IMG/VR virus record: IMGVR_UViG_3300018050_000477
Location: 1-35,743 of that record
Reading direction: 5' to 3' (one strand)
Source: a virus
Taxonomy: Duplodnaviria > Caudoviricetes
DNA: 35,743 nt
The notes beneath the pieces are model-generated. The model saw nothing but the letters and a program-made list of their open reading frames with translations, searched no databases and was not told the origin of the DNA. Shown in pieces: positions 28,165 to 35,743 of the stretch. Both the position numbers and the translations under genes were made by a program. Within the stretch, counting starts at the first letter, position 1, and every line of letters begins with the position of its first letter.

Positions 28165-29630
28165 TATTGCGCTCCTTGATCAGTACCGGGCGGCAAGATC
28201 TTTTCAAATGTATCAGTTTTTGTTGTATATTCTTTAAATGCTTTTGGAGTTGCTATTGATTTTGTCGACTCTCTGTCAGTATTTTTAAAAGAAACTGGAT
28301 CTAAATTTTCATGGTGCGGCCAAGGTTCGTGCTGTGGCACACGCATCATAATTGTTTCTAAGTCTTGTATTCCTTCCTTGTTAGGAACTGTACAAACATC
28401 TAGTGCCACTGTTTTCTCTGCTTTTTGCGAACTGTTCATATAAATCTTTCCAGCAGTTTCTCTATGTGCCGTACCGCTATTAATGTGTGAATCTGCGCCG
28501 CTTGTAATTTTTGTATTAGCGGTGGCCAACGATTCAATATCTGTGCCAGCTTCCATGTGAACTTTGGCTTTGGATTTTACATTAAAATTTCGGCCTGCTT
28601 CTAAGTTAATATCTCTATCTGCTTTAAAATTTAAATCTTTTTCAGTGTGGATGCTTATACTATCTTCTGCATAGATATCAATTTTACCGTTGCTGGTCAT
28701 TTCTATCCATGTTGTTCCGCTGGCGTTGCCAATATAAATTAAGTCTTCTGAATTATGCATCAGTATCTGATGACCTGTTCTAGTTCGTATGCGAACTAAT
28801 TCGTTGTGAGGAACTTTACGCAAACCTTCAGTTTCTCTGTTTTCAACAGAAGAATACTCTGGCGGGCCTTCGCTGGCTAAAGTTTTTCTAATAAACTTAT
28901 CATCACCATCGTCCATAACAAAAGTTGTGCCGCCAAGACGACTCATTGGAAGCTGATTTGCTTCTCTTCCTTCGAGACCTATCTTCTTTGTTGGGCCGTT
29001 TTTATCAAGCGGGCCGGGGGTGCTTATTCCAAACACACTGCTAGGAATTTCTCGACGAGCACTAGATGTTGTTATGCCGCGGATATCGTCTTTTATCAAT
29101 CCTTGTGTTGTTAAAACTTCTGTTAGTAAATTTTTAGGTTTAAGAATTCGTGTAACATCGGTCTTCACGCCTTCATTAAGTAACCTGTTATATTCCGCTA
29201 CAGGAACTCTGCCTTCGCCGTCTAATGTAAACTTAGTAGCAGCTTGCCCTGGCACTGAAAAGTTCATTCCTTCTTCAGGTACACAACCAATCCAGTAAGC
29301 ATATTTGGCATCGTCTTGGACAAAAATAACAATAACAGTTGCTCCAATATCTGGAGGGACAAACCACATTCCGTAACTTGTTTGTGTATGAGAATAATCG
29401 TCGTCTAGAGTTAAACCTTCGTTTGGTGTCGATCCGTAAAACGGACTCATAAATTTTGCTTGGAAGGTTTGACCCGGAGCTAACTTGTTTCCGTAAGGAC
29501 GATGCAATCTTACTTCTAAAACTCCCATAAAAGTTTTATCTTGGTGTCCTACTACCTCGGCAAGAAAAATACCCTCTTTAGGTCGATTAATACCAGGTTG
29601 TATTGTATCAAAATTATTTGAGTTACCCAT
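28164..29630 (-). CDS. gp5: Baseplate hub central spike, gp5-like (OB-fold plus beta-helix, no lysozyme domain seen)
   Basis: N-terminal OB-fold region (D..FMGVLEVR...SPFYG...YGMWFVPPDIG..VIVIF...YWIGC), followed by RTRTGHQILM, TWIEMTSNGKIDIY and 8-residue beta-helix repeats. Confidence 0.85.
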   Translation of the reverse strand: MGNSNNFDTIQPGINRPKEGIFLAEVVGHQDKTFMGVLEVRLHRPYGNKLAPGQTFQAKFMSPFYGSTPNEGLTLDDDYSHTQTSYGMWFVPPDIGATVIVIFVQDDAKYAYWIGCVPEEGMNFSVPGQAATKFTLDGEGRVPVAEYNRLLNEGVKTDVTRILKPKNLLTEVLTTQGLIKDDIRGITTSSARREIPSSVFGISTPGPLDKNGPTKKIGLEGREANQLPMSRLGGTTFVMDDGDDKFIRKTLASEGPPEYSSVENRETEGLRKVPHNELVRIRTRTGHQILMHNSEDLIYIGNASGTTWIEMTSNGKIDIYAEDSISIHTEKDLNFKADRDINLEAGRNFNVKSKAKVHMEAGTDIESLATANTKITSGADSHINSGTAHRETAGKIYMNSSQKAEKTVALDVCTVPNKEGIQDLETIMMRVPQHEPWPHHENLDPVSFKNTDRESTKSIATPKAFKEYTTKTDTFEKILPPGTDQGAQ

Positions 29631-31807
29631 TAAGATTTACCACCTTGTTGTGTTTGGCCTTCGTTCTTAGAGTTAAGTGTGTTTTCTTTCTTGGCTATTG
29701 CTTTAAATTCCTGTCCATCTCTCCTAAAGCCTTTAAGAACTTGCCTAAATTGTCCGTCATTAAAATAATTTGTTACGGTAGAAACGCAATATGCACCAGT
29801 AAAGCCAATTGCAGGACCGGCTTTTGGATCTTTTGTCATGTCCATATGGTTTGGTCCTGCAAAATTATACATCCCGGTTGTTTGATTAATATCGACTGGG
29901 CTTCTAAAATTAACTACAACATCCACTTGATTTGTTTGCCAGTTGACCGATCCGTCTTTGTTTAAATCTTTGAATCCTTCAACTGGCTGTGCAACATAGT
30001 TGCCCATACCGCTAGTGGCAAACCAATAAGGATCTCCTAATATTTCTAAATCTAGCATAGTCATGTCATAAGGATTTGTAATTGCTTCGTGAAAAGTTTT
30101 AGCCAACCGCTGAAGTGCAGTTTCTGCAGCGTTTCCTCCAACTTTATCTTGACTGTTATCTTTTTGATCATCTCGAGACATTACTCTTTGCCCAGTGGCA
30201 TCGTCTCGAGATTGCGGTACACCTTGAGGTTTAAAAGCTGGAACTTCTTTATAGCCGCCTTGCTTTTCAGATACAGTCTGTTCTTCCTTGGCTCTTGCTA
30301 ATCCTATAGTATGTAAAAACGCATCCGATGCATAACTGTTTGCAAAACCAATATTATAATCAATATTAAATTTTATAACTTCTGTATTTTTTCCTGTAAA
30401 AATGTAATCGTATCGTTTAATAGCACGAGACTTTAAAAAGTCTATGCCAGGTGTTGAAACACCTGACCCAGCTGTTTTACTTAAATGTACCTTATACGGT
30501 ATTACACGGTAGACTGCTATTTTTGGCATCTTGCCTACATCCGCATCGTTTTCTTTTGTTTCAATATAATATATCTGGGTGTCAATGCGCCACCAAGTTA
30601 CCATTCCGTTGACTGGATTAGACAGTGCTTTGTCAGCGTATTCGCTAGATAAGATAATTTGATTTATAGCGGTTGGTATATCTATAGTTTGACTGAATTT
30701 GAAAGATCCTTCATCCCAATTAGGAACTAACTTTCCTCTGATCCATATTTTTAGTGCAGGATCCCACGTCTCGTCTTGACGACCTGGAGATTGTTCTGAT
30801 TTTCTAGTTGGGTTAAAACCTAAGCTGCTGGTTCCAATATCATTTACATCTCCTGCAGATTGTTCTAAGTTTGCAACCGTTACGCCTAATTTTTTTAGTA
30901 GTTCAGCAGAATTTCCTGCAGATTGAGGATTTACATAAGCGGTGTTAGTCGATGTTTCTTTCGCAGTTGCTGCCTTAGACACGGCTTTGCTGTCTGCCAT
31001 ATCTTTTGGAAAAATAATCACTATCTGATCTGCAACTTTTCTGCCTCCGTTGTCTTTGACAGCTTCATATAATTTGGCGTTGACAACGTTTTGTAAACTT
31101 TCTTGTCCTGTTTGTAGTACTTCTTGAACTGTTTTTCCTTTAATACTAACATCTGTTCTTAAAGACGCAAACTCTGTTGTAAGGGCTAACCCTTGTGTTG
31201 CGTATCCGTTGATTAAGTATCGTGTTCCTTGATCCGATGAATTCATTGTCATTGTTGAAAACCTTATAGGAACATATCGTTTTGAAAACGGAACTTTTTG
31301 CATTGTTCCTTTTTCTGTATTTCCCCTAAATTCGATACTGATTAAAAACGGAGCATCTCTCCAGTTAGTGTAACCTGCTTTAAGTGCAGCAGTTTGTAGA
31401 GAATTAATAAACAATCCAATACTATAGGGCTCAATTACATCAAATTGAATCGTAGCCAAAGAGGTTGTTTTAGGATTAGTATTGCCAATATACGTATCAA
31501 ATGTTAGATTATTAATAAAGAAGTCTTGTTTTCCAAAATTAGGTGTTTGGATTCTATTCACTGGGTCAGCAAATGCCGACTTACAAATGATTGGCAAAAC
31601 CTTACCGTTAATATACGACTGATCTGGAAAATTAAATTCGTTAGGGGTTAACGGATGCAATGCAATAGTATACGTATAGCTGGCATAGTTTGATAAAATG
31701 TTTGGTGCTGGAACGCTTATTCCTCCGGGAATTGATCCAAAGTTATTGCCCAATGAGGAAGCAGTTTGTACAAGATTAGTTGTTGCCCCAATTACATCGA
31801 AACCCAT
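29630..31807 (-). CDS. Baseplate hub protein (gp27/gpD-like)
   Basis: Lies between the gp53-like and gp5-like genes. Motifs N.LSNYASYTY, FDVIEPYSI, APFLISIEFRG, KRYDYIFTGKN, LDLEILGDPYW and GAYCVSTVTNYFNDGQFRQVL resemble late-control-D / gp27 hub proteins. Confidence 0.65.
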   Translation of the reverse strand: MGFDVIGATTNLVQTASSLGNNFGSIPGGISVPAPNILSNYASYTYTIALHPLTPNEFNFPDQSYINGKVLPIICKSAFADPVNRIQTPNFGKQDFFINNLTFDTYIGNTNPKTTSLATIQFDVIEPYSIGLFINSLQTAALKAGYTNWRDAPFLISIEFRGNTEKGTMQKVPFSKRYVPIRFSTMTMNSSDQGTRYLINGYATQGLALTTEFASLRTDVSIKGKTVQEVLQTGQESLQNVVNAKLYEAVKDNGGRKVADQIVIIFPKDMADSKAVSKAATAKETSTNTAYVNPQSAGNSAELLKKLGVTVANLEQSAGDVNDIGTSSLGFNPTRKSEQSPGRQDETWDPALKIWIRGKLVPNWDEGSFKFSQTIDIPTAINQIILSSEYADKALSNPVNGMVTWWRIDTQIYYIETKENDADVGKMPKIAVYRVIPYKVHLSKTAGSGVSTPGIDFLKSRAIKRYDYIFTGKNTEVIKFNIDYNIGFANSYASDAFLHTIGLARAKEEQTVSEKQGGYKEVPAFKPQGVPQSRDDATGQRVMSRDDQKDNSQDKVGGNAAETALQRLAKTFHEAITNPYDMTMLDLEILGDPYWFATSGMGNYVAQPVEGFKDLNKDGSVNWQTNQVDVVVNFRSPVDINQTTGMYNFAGPNHMDMTKDPKAGPAIGFTGAYCVSTVTNYFNDGQFRQVLKGFRRDGQEFKAIAKKENTLNSKNEGQTQQGGKS

Positions 31808-31808
31808 A

Positions 31809-32108
31809 TTAAACTCCTAAAACAGTTCGGAGGCCACTTGCTTTAGGAATATAAATTTTCTTTCCTGGAACAAAATCAAAAATAGGATCTTCTAGCACAT
31901 CCATATTTCTTTGTGTAAACACCCACCATAATTGTGCATCACCATATAAGTCAAAAGCCAACAAATCTGGTCTGTACATATACTGACTTTCTATTGTGTA
32001 AAGAAAATCGTCAGGCTCGGCACTAACTGGTCTAATTGATAGCACATCAAGATAATTTTGTTTAAAATCTGTAGTGTGCCACGGACTTAAAATACTATAT
32101 TGTGCCAT
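31809..32108 (-). CDS. gp53: Baseplate wedge LysM-like protein, gp53-like
   Basis: Motif RPDLLAFDLYGDAQLWWVF..RN...DP...F.PG..IYIP. Confidence 0.85.
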   Translation of the reverse strand: MAQYSILSPWHTTDFKQNYLDVLSIRPVSAEPDDFLYTIESQYMYRPDLLAFDLYGDAQLWWVFTQRNMDVLEDPIFDFVPGKKIYIPKASGLRTVLGV

Positions 32109-32110
32109 AA

Positions 32111-33112
32111 TTAAATGTATCCGAATGAACTATTTAAATAAGAGCCAGTTACAAACCTGTCAAGGCTGAATTTACGTATAGATGTTCTACTATACATTGG
32201 TGTTAGTGTCACTGTAAATTCGCTTTTAGTTGGCACATAGGCCTTTCCGCCGCTGGTTGTTCCACCAATACCAAATGTTCCTAATAAACCTGCTACTTGG
32301 CCAACACCGCCGGCAATGGCGCTAAAAGTATCTGCAAATCCAGAAATGCCTGGAATTGCTCCGCCGAGTGTATCTGCCAATCCGCTAACTGCATCTGCCG
32401 AACCTGCAATGTTTCCTGCTGCAGAACCAACTACATCGCAATGAATATAATCAGTATCTGCTGGTAAGGTACAAGTAAATCCTGAAACCGCAACCGGAAC
32501 ATTCTTAAAAACATAGTTGCCGTAGCCGTTTAGCATGACTATAGGAGGCGGGTTGCCGGCTTTTGGATCAAAACCAGTGAACATTTTTGACACAGAACGT
32601 AAATAATGTACTGCTGCAATCCAATATAACGCTTGACCTGCATCTTCAACTGCCATTGTTGCAGTTATTTCAATAGTGCCCGGGTCGCTGTTCTTATAAG
32701 CATTTACAGGGTAGTTTGAATGAACAATCGATTCTTGAGAATACTTGGCATTACCTTTAATAGTAATCCGTGGAGTAAAAGGAAACACAAAACCGCCAGC
32801 ATCTCTAAGTGGTTTTAACACTGGACTAGATTTGAAACTAGACCAATTTGGGAGACTTAACCTGACACGCCAGTCATTAGCATACGGATCGCCTTGGAAC
32901 GCAGCAAACGCACTGGCAATATCTCCAATTGCTTCACCGCCTGCGGGAAGATTTAATGCCCTAAGTGCGCCACCAACCCCAGCAGAACTATCAAGCGTTG
33001 ATAGCGCGGCACTAATAGCCGAAACTGTATTAACTGCCTGTGTTGCGGCTCCAAAAACTGCGGCGCCTGCTGCAACTTTATTGACGAAACTGTTACCTGA
33101 TGTAAAAGCCAT
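32111..33112 (-). CDS. Tail tube initiator / baseplate-tube junction protein (gp48/gp54-like)
   Basis: Tube-fold motifs GFVFPFTPRI, HSNYP..AY.NS, HYLRSVSKMF.G, GNPPPIVMLNGYG.YVFKNVPV and YVPTKSEFTVTLTP. First gene of the baseplate operon; SD AAGGA. Confidence 0.7.
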   Translation of the reverse strand: MAFTSGNSFVNKVAAGAAVFGAATQAVNTVSAISAALSTLDSSAGVGGALRALNLPAGGEAIGDIASAFAAFQGDPYANDWRVRLSLPNWSSFKSSPVLKPLRDAGGFVFPFTPRITIKGNAKYSQESIVHSNYPVNAYKNSDPGTIEITATMAVEDAGQALYWIAAVHYLRSVSKMFTGFDPKAGNPPPIVMLNGYGNYVFKNVPVAVSGFTCTLPADTDYIHCDVVGSAAGNIAGSADAVSGLADTLGGAIPGISGFADTFSAIAGGVGQVAGLLGTFGIGGTTSGGKAYVPTKSEFTVTLTPMYSRTSIRKFSLDRFVTGSYLNSSFGYI

Positions 33113-33135
33113 ATTTGTTTTTCCTTTTGGTAATA

Positions 33136-33164
33136 TATTTATTTGACTTTATAATATACGTAGT
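33136..33164 (-). promoter_or_regulatory. Late promoter (AATAAATA variant) with upstream element, heading the baseplate operon
   Basis: Minus strand reads ACTACGTATATTAT-AAAGTCAA-ATAAATATA, about 23 nt upstream of the ATG at 33112. Confidence 0.75.
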
Positions 33165-33171
33165 TTATAAT
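33143..33171 (+). promoter_or_regulatory. Sigma70-type promoter for gp55-gp47-gp46
   Basis: TTGACT (33143-33148), a 17-nt spacer, then TATAAT (33166-33171). SD GGAG at 33182-33185. Confidence 0.85.
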
Positions 33172-33191
33172 CTAACAATCCGGAGATACGT

Positions 33192-34037
33192 TTGATGACA
33201 ACATTAGCACCAAAGGTGAATTACCTAAACAACAAAGATTTATTATTAGAAATACACAAATCAAAAAGCTCATACTGTAGCTTTACTAAGCCAGAATACC
33301 ATCAGTATGACATTATATTGCCCAGTGTAGACAAAATTAATATAAGAACAATAGCAGAAGCCAAGCGAAATAAAGCAAAACGTCTAGGCGACGAAGATTA
33401 TGCTCGAAGAAAGGCATCGGGAGAAAAAGTCAAACAAGCAGATTGTGCTGTTGACTATAAGAAAATTGCCAAAACAGATTTAATTTTTAGGATTATGACT
33501 TTCGAGCATGTTCCAACAAACAGTATTCGCAAGAAGAATCCTAAAAGTACTGCTGACAAACATGATAAAGTTAACTTTCCACCATTCCAACACTTTAAGT
33601 TTGATGAAAATGACGAGCTAATATGTGTTGGAAAAAGTCATTGGAAGGGCGGATTGAAAGCTGGCAAGTTCGATAAAGACGCCGGATCAATAACCAATAA
33701 CCTAGCTCGCATGATGATTAAACTCTGCGAACGATATGCAACTCGTGGTAACGTTAGGGGCTACACATACAATGATGAAATGAAAGGTCAAGCCATTTTA
33801 CAACTAACACAAATAGGACTACAATTCGATGAAAGCAAGTCAGATAATCCTTTTGCTTACTTTACTGCTGCTGTTACTAATTCATTCGTTAGAGTTATCA
33901 ACATTGAAAAGCGTAATCAAAACATTAGAGACGATATTTTAGAAATGAACGGTATGAACCCAAGTTATACAAGAACTGGTCAAGGTGAACACGAAGCTGC
34001 ACTACGCAGACATTCAGAAGGGACAACGGATGAGTAA
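33192..34037 (+). CDS. gp55: Late-transcription sigma factor, gp55-like, with a large internal insertion
   Basis: NYLNNKDLL resembles the T4 gp55 N-terminus and RGNVRGYTYNDEM...QFDESKSDNPFAYFT...NSFVRVINIEKR matches the region-2 core. Synteny with gp47-gp46 is as in T4-like phages. Start is TTG 33192 or ATG 33195. Confidence 0.85.
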   Translation: MMTTLAPKVNYLNNKDLLLEIHKSKSSYCSFTKPEYHQYDIILPSVDKINIRTIAEAKRNKAKRLGDEDYARRKASGEKVKQADCAVDYKKIAKTDLIFRIMTFEHVPTNSIRKKNPKSTADKHDKVNFPPFQHFKFDENDELICVGKSHWKGGLKAGKFDKDAGSITNNLARMMIKLCERYATRGNVRGYTYNDEMKGQAILQLTQIGLQFDESKSDNPFAYFTAAVTNSFVRVINIEKRNQNIRDDILEMNGMNPSYTRTGQGEHEAALRRHSEGTTDE

Positions 34038-35043
34038 TCTATTTAAAAAGGTCGCATGTTTTACAGACATACACTTTGGTTTAAAGAGCAACAGTCAAGT
34101 ACACAATCAAGATTGCGAAGACTTTGTTGATTGGTATATTGCTAGGGCAAAGGAGGAAGGGTGTGATACAGGAATATTTCTTGGAGATTGGCATCATAAT
34201 CGCAACAGTCTTAATATCACTACTATGGATTATAGTCTCAGAGCATTGGAAAAGCTGGGCGGTGCCTTTGATCAGTTTTTCTTTTTTCCTGGCAACCATG
34301 ATCTTTATTATAAAGATAAACGCGACATTCACTCTGTTGAATTTGGAAAGTACATCCCTGGTATTACCGTTGTACACCACCCGATGACAGAAGGCGATGT
34401 TACACTTTGTCCGTGGCTTGTTGGAGAAGAATGGAAGCAAATAGGCAAAAAGAAGGCCAAGTATATCTTCGGGCACTTTGAACTGCCACACTTTTACATG
34501 AACGCTATGGTTCAGATGCCGGATCACGGCGAGATTCAATTAGATGCGTTCCAAGGATACGAATTAGGATTCAGTGGACACTTCCATAAACGTCAAAGCA
34601 AGAACAATATGCACTACATTGGCAATGCTTTCCCCCACAATTATGCAGATGCATGGGACGACGACCGTGGAATGATGATACTAGAGTGGGGCAAACAACC
34701 AGAATACCACGCATGGCCCGGACAGCCAACGTTTAGAACGGTAACTTTGAGTCGTTTGATCGACGAAGCCGACACATTAATACTGCCAAAACAACATTTG
34801 CGTGTGACATTGGATATAGATATCAGTTACGAAGAAGCAAGTTTTATTAAAGAAAACTTTATGTCGCAATACGATATCAGAGAGCTTACACTGATTACAG
34901 AACGAAAAGCAGTTGAAATTAACACAGACATCGATGTTCAATCTTTCGAAAGCGTTGACCAGATAGTTTCCAGTCAGCTTGTGAATATTGAAAGCGAAAC
35001 GTATAATAAGAATACGCTACTAGCGATTTATAACAGCCTATGA
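34030..35043 (+). CDS. gp47: Recombination endonuclease subunit (Mre11/SbcD-like metallophosphoesterase)
   Basis: Motifs TDIHFG, LGDWHH, GNHD, GHFE and SGHFH. The likely start is the ATG at 34030, overlapping the end of gp55 (the ORF track starts at 33985). Confidence 0.92.
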   Translation: MSNLFKKVACFTDIHFGLKSNSQVHNQDCEDFVDWYIARAKEEGCDTGIFLGDWHHNRNSLNITTMDYSLRALEKLGGAFDQFFFFPGNHDLYYKDKRDIHSVEFGKYIPGITVVHHPMTEGDVTLCPWLVGEEWKQIGKKKAKYIFGHFELPHFYMNAMVQMPDHGEIQLDAFQGYELGFSGHFHKRQSKNNMHYIGNAFPHNYADAWDDDRGMMILEWGKQPEYHAWPGQPTFRTVTLSRLIDEADTLILPKQHLRVTLDIDISYEEASFIKENFMSQYDIRELTLITERKAVEINTDIDVQSFESVDQIVSSQLVNIESETYNKNTLLAIYNSL

Positions 35044-35743
35044 TTAAAATAAAAGAACTTACAGTAAAAAACTTTATGAGTGTGGGCAACCAAACTCAAG
35101 CTGTAGATTTTAGCAAAGAGCATTTAACCCTTGTACTAGGAGAAAACTTAGACATGGGCGGAGACGATAGTGGTAGCCGTAACGGTACTGGTAAAACTAC
35201 TATAGTCAACGCACTAAGTTATGCTTTATTTGGGACCGCTCTTACTAATATTAAGAAAGACAACTTAATTAACAAGATTAACAATAAGAACATGTTAGTT
35301 ACGTTGGCGTTTGATAAAGATGGTGTACAATATCGTATCGAGCGTGGTCGGAAACCCAATATTTTACAGTTCTATGTCAATGATGAAGCACAAGAAACAG
35401 GCGAAACAGACGATGCTCAGGGCGACATGCGTGAAACTCAAAAGGATTTAGATGAACTTCTGGGCATGAGCCATGACATGTTCAAGCACGTAGTTGCGTT
35501 GAATACCTATACCGAACCGTTCTTGAGTATGCGGGCTAATGACCAAAGAGCAATCATTGAGCAGTTGTTAGGTATTACCATACTGAGTGAAAAGGCAGAG
35601 ACACTTAAAGAACTAATTCGTCAAACTAAAGATGCAATAACTCAAGAGAATGCCAACATAGAAGCAACAAAGAAATCAAACGAAGGCATTCAGAAGAGCA
35701 TTGACAGTTTATTAACTAAACAGTCTGCTTGGAACAAGCAAAG
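35040..35743 (+). CDS. gp46: Recombination ATPase subunit (Rad50/SbcC-like), runs off the window edge; absent from the ORF track
   Basis: ATGA overlap with the gp47 stop. Translation MIKIKELTVKNFMSVGN...LVLGENLDMGGDDSGSRNGTGKTTIVNALSYALFG...IERGRKP...IIEQLLGI, followed by a coiled coil. Confidence 0.92.
   Translation, partial: MIKIKELTVKNFMSVGNQTQAVDFSKEHLTLVLGENLDMGGDDSGSRNGTGKTTIVNALSYALFGTALTNIKKDNLINKINNKNMLVTLAFDKDGVQYRIERGRKPNILQFYVNDEAQETGETDDAQGDMRETQKDLDELLGMSHDMFKHVVALNTYTEPFLSMRANDQRAIIEQLLGITILSEKAETLKELIRQTKDAITQENANIEATKKSNEGIQKSIDSLLTKQSAWNKQ

Noticed and set aside
24167-33112. Bacterial eCIS / T6SS / tailocin locus
   Set aside because: The adjacent gp55-gp47-gp46 genes, T4-type late promoters and absence of host genes indicate a phage genome.
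34081-34539. 152-aa minus-strand ORF and 87-aa plus-strand ORF inside gp47
   Set aside because: Both fully overlap a conserved nuclease gene and have no independent support.
1-35743. Stop-codon reassignment (none of the 15 complete genes ends in TAG: 13 TAA, 2 TGA)
   Set aside because: Genes are intact and densely packed under code 11 with no in-frame TAG. TAG scarcity is normal in AT-rich phages.
1-35743. tRNAs, CRISPR arrays, structured ncRNAs, intrinsic terminators
   Set aside because: All intergenic gaps are under 80 nt, and none shows a cloverleaf, spaced repeats or a GC stem followed by a U tract.

Overview
This window is a 35.7-kb segment of a large, AT-rich, T4-superfamily-like contractile-tailed phage genome. 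It contains no rRNA, tRNA, CRISPR array or mobile element that I can support. Positions 1-33112 (minus strand) carry a late baseplate/tail-fibre operon: a tube-initiator-like gene, gp53-like, hub-like, gp5-like spike, gp25, gp6, a ~4966-aa giant wedge protein, a chain of four fibre/adhesin genes, a 2OG-Fe(II) oxygenase, a conserved structural protein and a truncated fibre gene. Diverging from it on the plus strand are gp55 (late sigma factor), gp47 and gp46 (Mre11/Rad50-like; gp46 is truncated). There are three main signals. (1) All three late promoters pair the ATAAATA core with a similar 14-nt element exactly 8 nt upstream, and the gp55 homolog has a ~120-aa insertion, which suggests a bipartite late-promoter system unlike T4's. 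(2) One late promoter is interlocked with a near-consensus sigma70 promoter that drives gp55, with a 22-bp palindrome over both, which may be an early/late switch. (3) A GC-richer cassette (~1671-8221) encodes apparently daisy-chained receptor-binding proteins plus an oxygenase. All protein assignments come from motif recognition by eye; no database searches were run.
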